The position numbers were made by a program, and so were the translations under genes. Below the pieces are notes generated by a model, which was not told the origin of the DNA, ran no database searches, and saw nothing but the letters and a program-made list of their open reading frames with translations. From Gordius albopunctatus (taxonomy: Eukaryota), in the NCBI GenBank assembly GCA_964276515.1, contig OZ193909.1:1302001-1366000 (forward strand): a stretch of DNA of 64,000 bases. The letters are read 5' to 3'. Positions 62,801 through 64,000 of the stretch are shown one piece after another (positions within the stretch are counted from its first letter, which is position 1; each line of letters starts with the position of its first letter).

Positions 62801-63599
62801 CACAGCCGTTTCTGAAGCTTCCAGCACGTGTTCTCGCCACGTTTCACCGTTGTCGCTCCGGAGAATGGTTATTTCGCGTTCGTTGCCCCGCAGCGAGGCG
62901 AAATGAGGAATTTCTATGATCACTGGCCTGGCATCGTACAAAATCAAAAATAGAGTTAGAATTGTCCTCTCTAACTTTTCTTTAAACAAAAATCTATATA
63001 TTCTGCAATCTATACTCGCAACCTTCACCCCAAAACCCGACTCAAAAGAGTTGCGTAAAATTAGACCCAAAACTAAAACTTATTTTCCATCACCACCAGG
63101 TGTTAAATTAAGGATCGTGAAAAGTTTTGGCAAAAATCTCAAGATTACATTCCTAATTTTAAATCAATATAAAAGTTTATGGCCCAAAGAAAATGGTGAT
63201 AATGGTGATAATGTCATTGCGTAACTTATATTTCGAAATCTTTAACCTATATGAAGGTTCAAATTCAAGAGCCTCTAACCTTTGATTATTCTAACTTCCT
63301 GGTTTCCAATCCAAAAACTAGGCATAAATTAATTTAGCAAAAAAAGTAGAATAGTAGGCAAAAGGTTAATTTACCCCAAAAATTTGGTTCCGGCCGGTCC
63401 TAGTTCCAGGACGCGGCAGGCAAGGCCCTCGCCTTCCATGAGTGGAGGAGGGTTGGCCATTTTTTCCTTTTTCACGAACCTGCAAGTTACCCTCAACGGG
63501 CCCGGGGCCTTTCGTGGTGGTATTATGACCCGCACCCCAGAATGTCTACACCCCCTCATGGCTCCACCCCTAGCGTCTACCATGAAACTCACCAGGAAT
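35887..63599 (-). CDS. Ankyrin (Ank2/unc-44-like), 5'-truncated by window. ZU5-ZU5-UPA exons 63375-63599, 62767-62927, 61996-62201, 61188-61404, 60649-60745, 58987-59215, 58050-58451; death domain 55019-55231, 53863-54096; small and giant C-terminal exons; last exons ~36975-37041, 36569-36707, 35887-35967
   Basis: [82 protein letters not shown]-like [12 protein letters not shown]; canonical splice sites; final stop at 35887-35889. Confidence 0.93.
37354..40148 (-). CDS. Third giant S/T-rich ORF (~2.8 kb), probably another alternative terminal ankyrin exon
   Basis: 925-aa disordered-type ORF on the ankyrin strand; candidate phase-1 acceptor GATAAG at 40149; in-frame stop at 37354. Confidence 0.6.
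41139..44845 (-). CDS. Ankyrin giant exon (~3.7 kb), probably an alternative terminal exon
   Basis: Acceptor TATTTCAG at 44846; S/E/P-rich ORF ending at stop 41139; minus-strand AATAAA near 40910. Confidence 0.7.
46167..50189 (-). CDS. Ankyrin giant cassette exon (4023 nt, 1341 codons)
   Basis: Acceptor TTCTTAAG at 50190 and donor GTTAAA at 46166; length divisible by 3; open throughout; lies within the ankyrin gene. Confidence 0.78.
52027..53595. mobile_element. piggyBac-like non-autonomous element in an ankyrin intron
   Basis: TIR CACTCCGTCGGTCGGGT / ACCCGACCGATGGAGTG; right flank TTAA, left flank TTAAA; internal GGGGTCATAATGACCCC palindrome; no transposase ORF. Confidence 0.75.
59929..63330 (+). 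repeat. ~125-bp near-identical dispersed direct repeat (59929-60053 and 63206-63330) in two ankyrin introns
   Basis: TGATAATGTCATTGCGTAAC...CTAGGCATAAATT occurs twice with 2 mismatches, each preceded by TGGCCCAAAGA. Confidence 0.8.
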
Positions 63600-64000
63600 C
63601 TGTCGTCACATTTTTTGCAAATCGACCAATTAATAAAATTAACAAATTTGAATTTAAAAATTATAGCTACCAACAACGGTATAATCGTGCACGAATAGTT
63701 ATTACAAAAGAATCAAACGAACAAGAAATAGTATATTGACTAAAATTGAATAAATAAATAAATAAATAAATATGGGAGAATACAACAGTTTAATTTAACT
63801 TCATTAGTCACGGGTTCGGTAAAATGCATGGCTTTTTAAATTTACATTAATAATAATTTTATCTGTTATTTAATCAAAATATATAAATTACATAAAGCTA
63901 TTTTCGATCACAAATTAACTATTGAGTCAGGTATCAATTTATAATAAACGTTAGCAATTTAAAAATGAAACAAAGTAAGGGATTGTTATATGGGGTCAAT

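Overview
AT-rich, intron-containing invertebrate animal DNA. Host genes are the 3' part of an MDR-family quinone oxidoreductase-like gene (+, 1-4433), an intronless GT92 glycosyltransferase (-, 7226-8803), argininosuccinate synthase (+, 14689-21949) and the 3' two-thirds of an ankyrin gene (-, 35887 to beyond 63599) with three giant coding exons downstream of the death domain. Non-autonomous DNA transposons (hAT with 8-bp TSDs, piggyBac-like, Helentron/Helitron-like, MITEs) are scattered throughout. The standout is a GC-richer cluster (~23100-32660) between the converging ASS and ankyrin genes. It holds three copies, from two divergent families, of a compact retroelement (2714 and 2789 bp units) encoding only a gag/core-like protein and an RT-RNase H polymerase with mixed DIRS-like and hepadnavirus-like motifs. 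I see no tyrosine recombinase, integrase, endonuclease or protease. Each unit is bounded by short direct repeats (107-125 bp) ending in AAATTT, with a tail on the 3' side only and no TSD. Both families share a candidate +1 frameshift signal (CAG-YTT-TTT-C) joining gag to pol. All alignments were done by eye; no searches were run.
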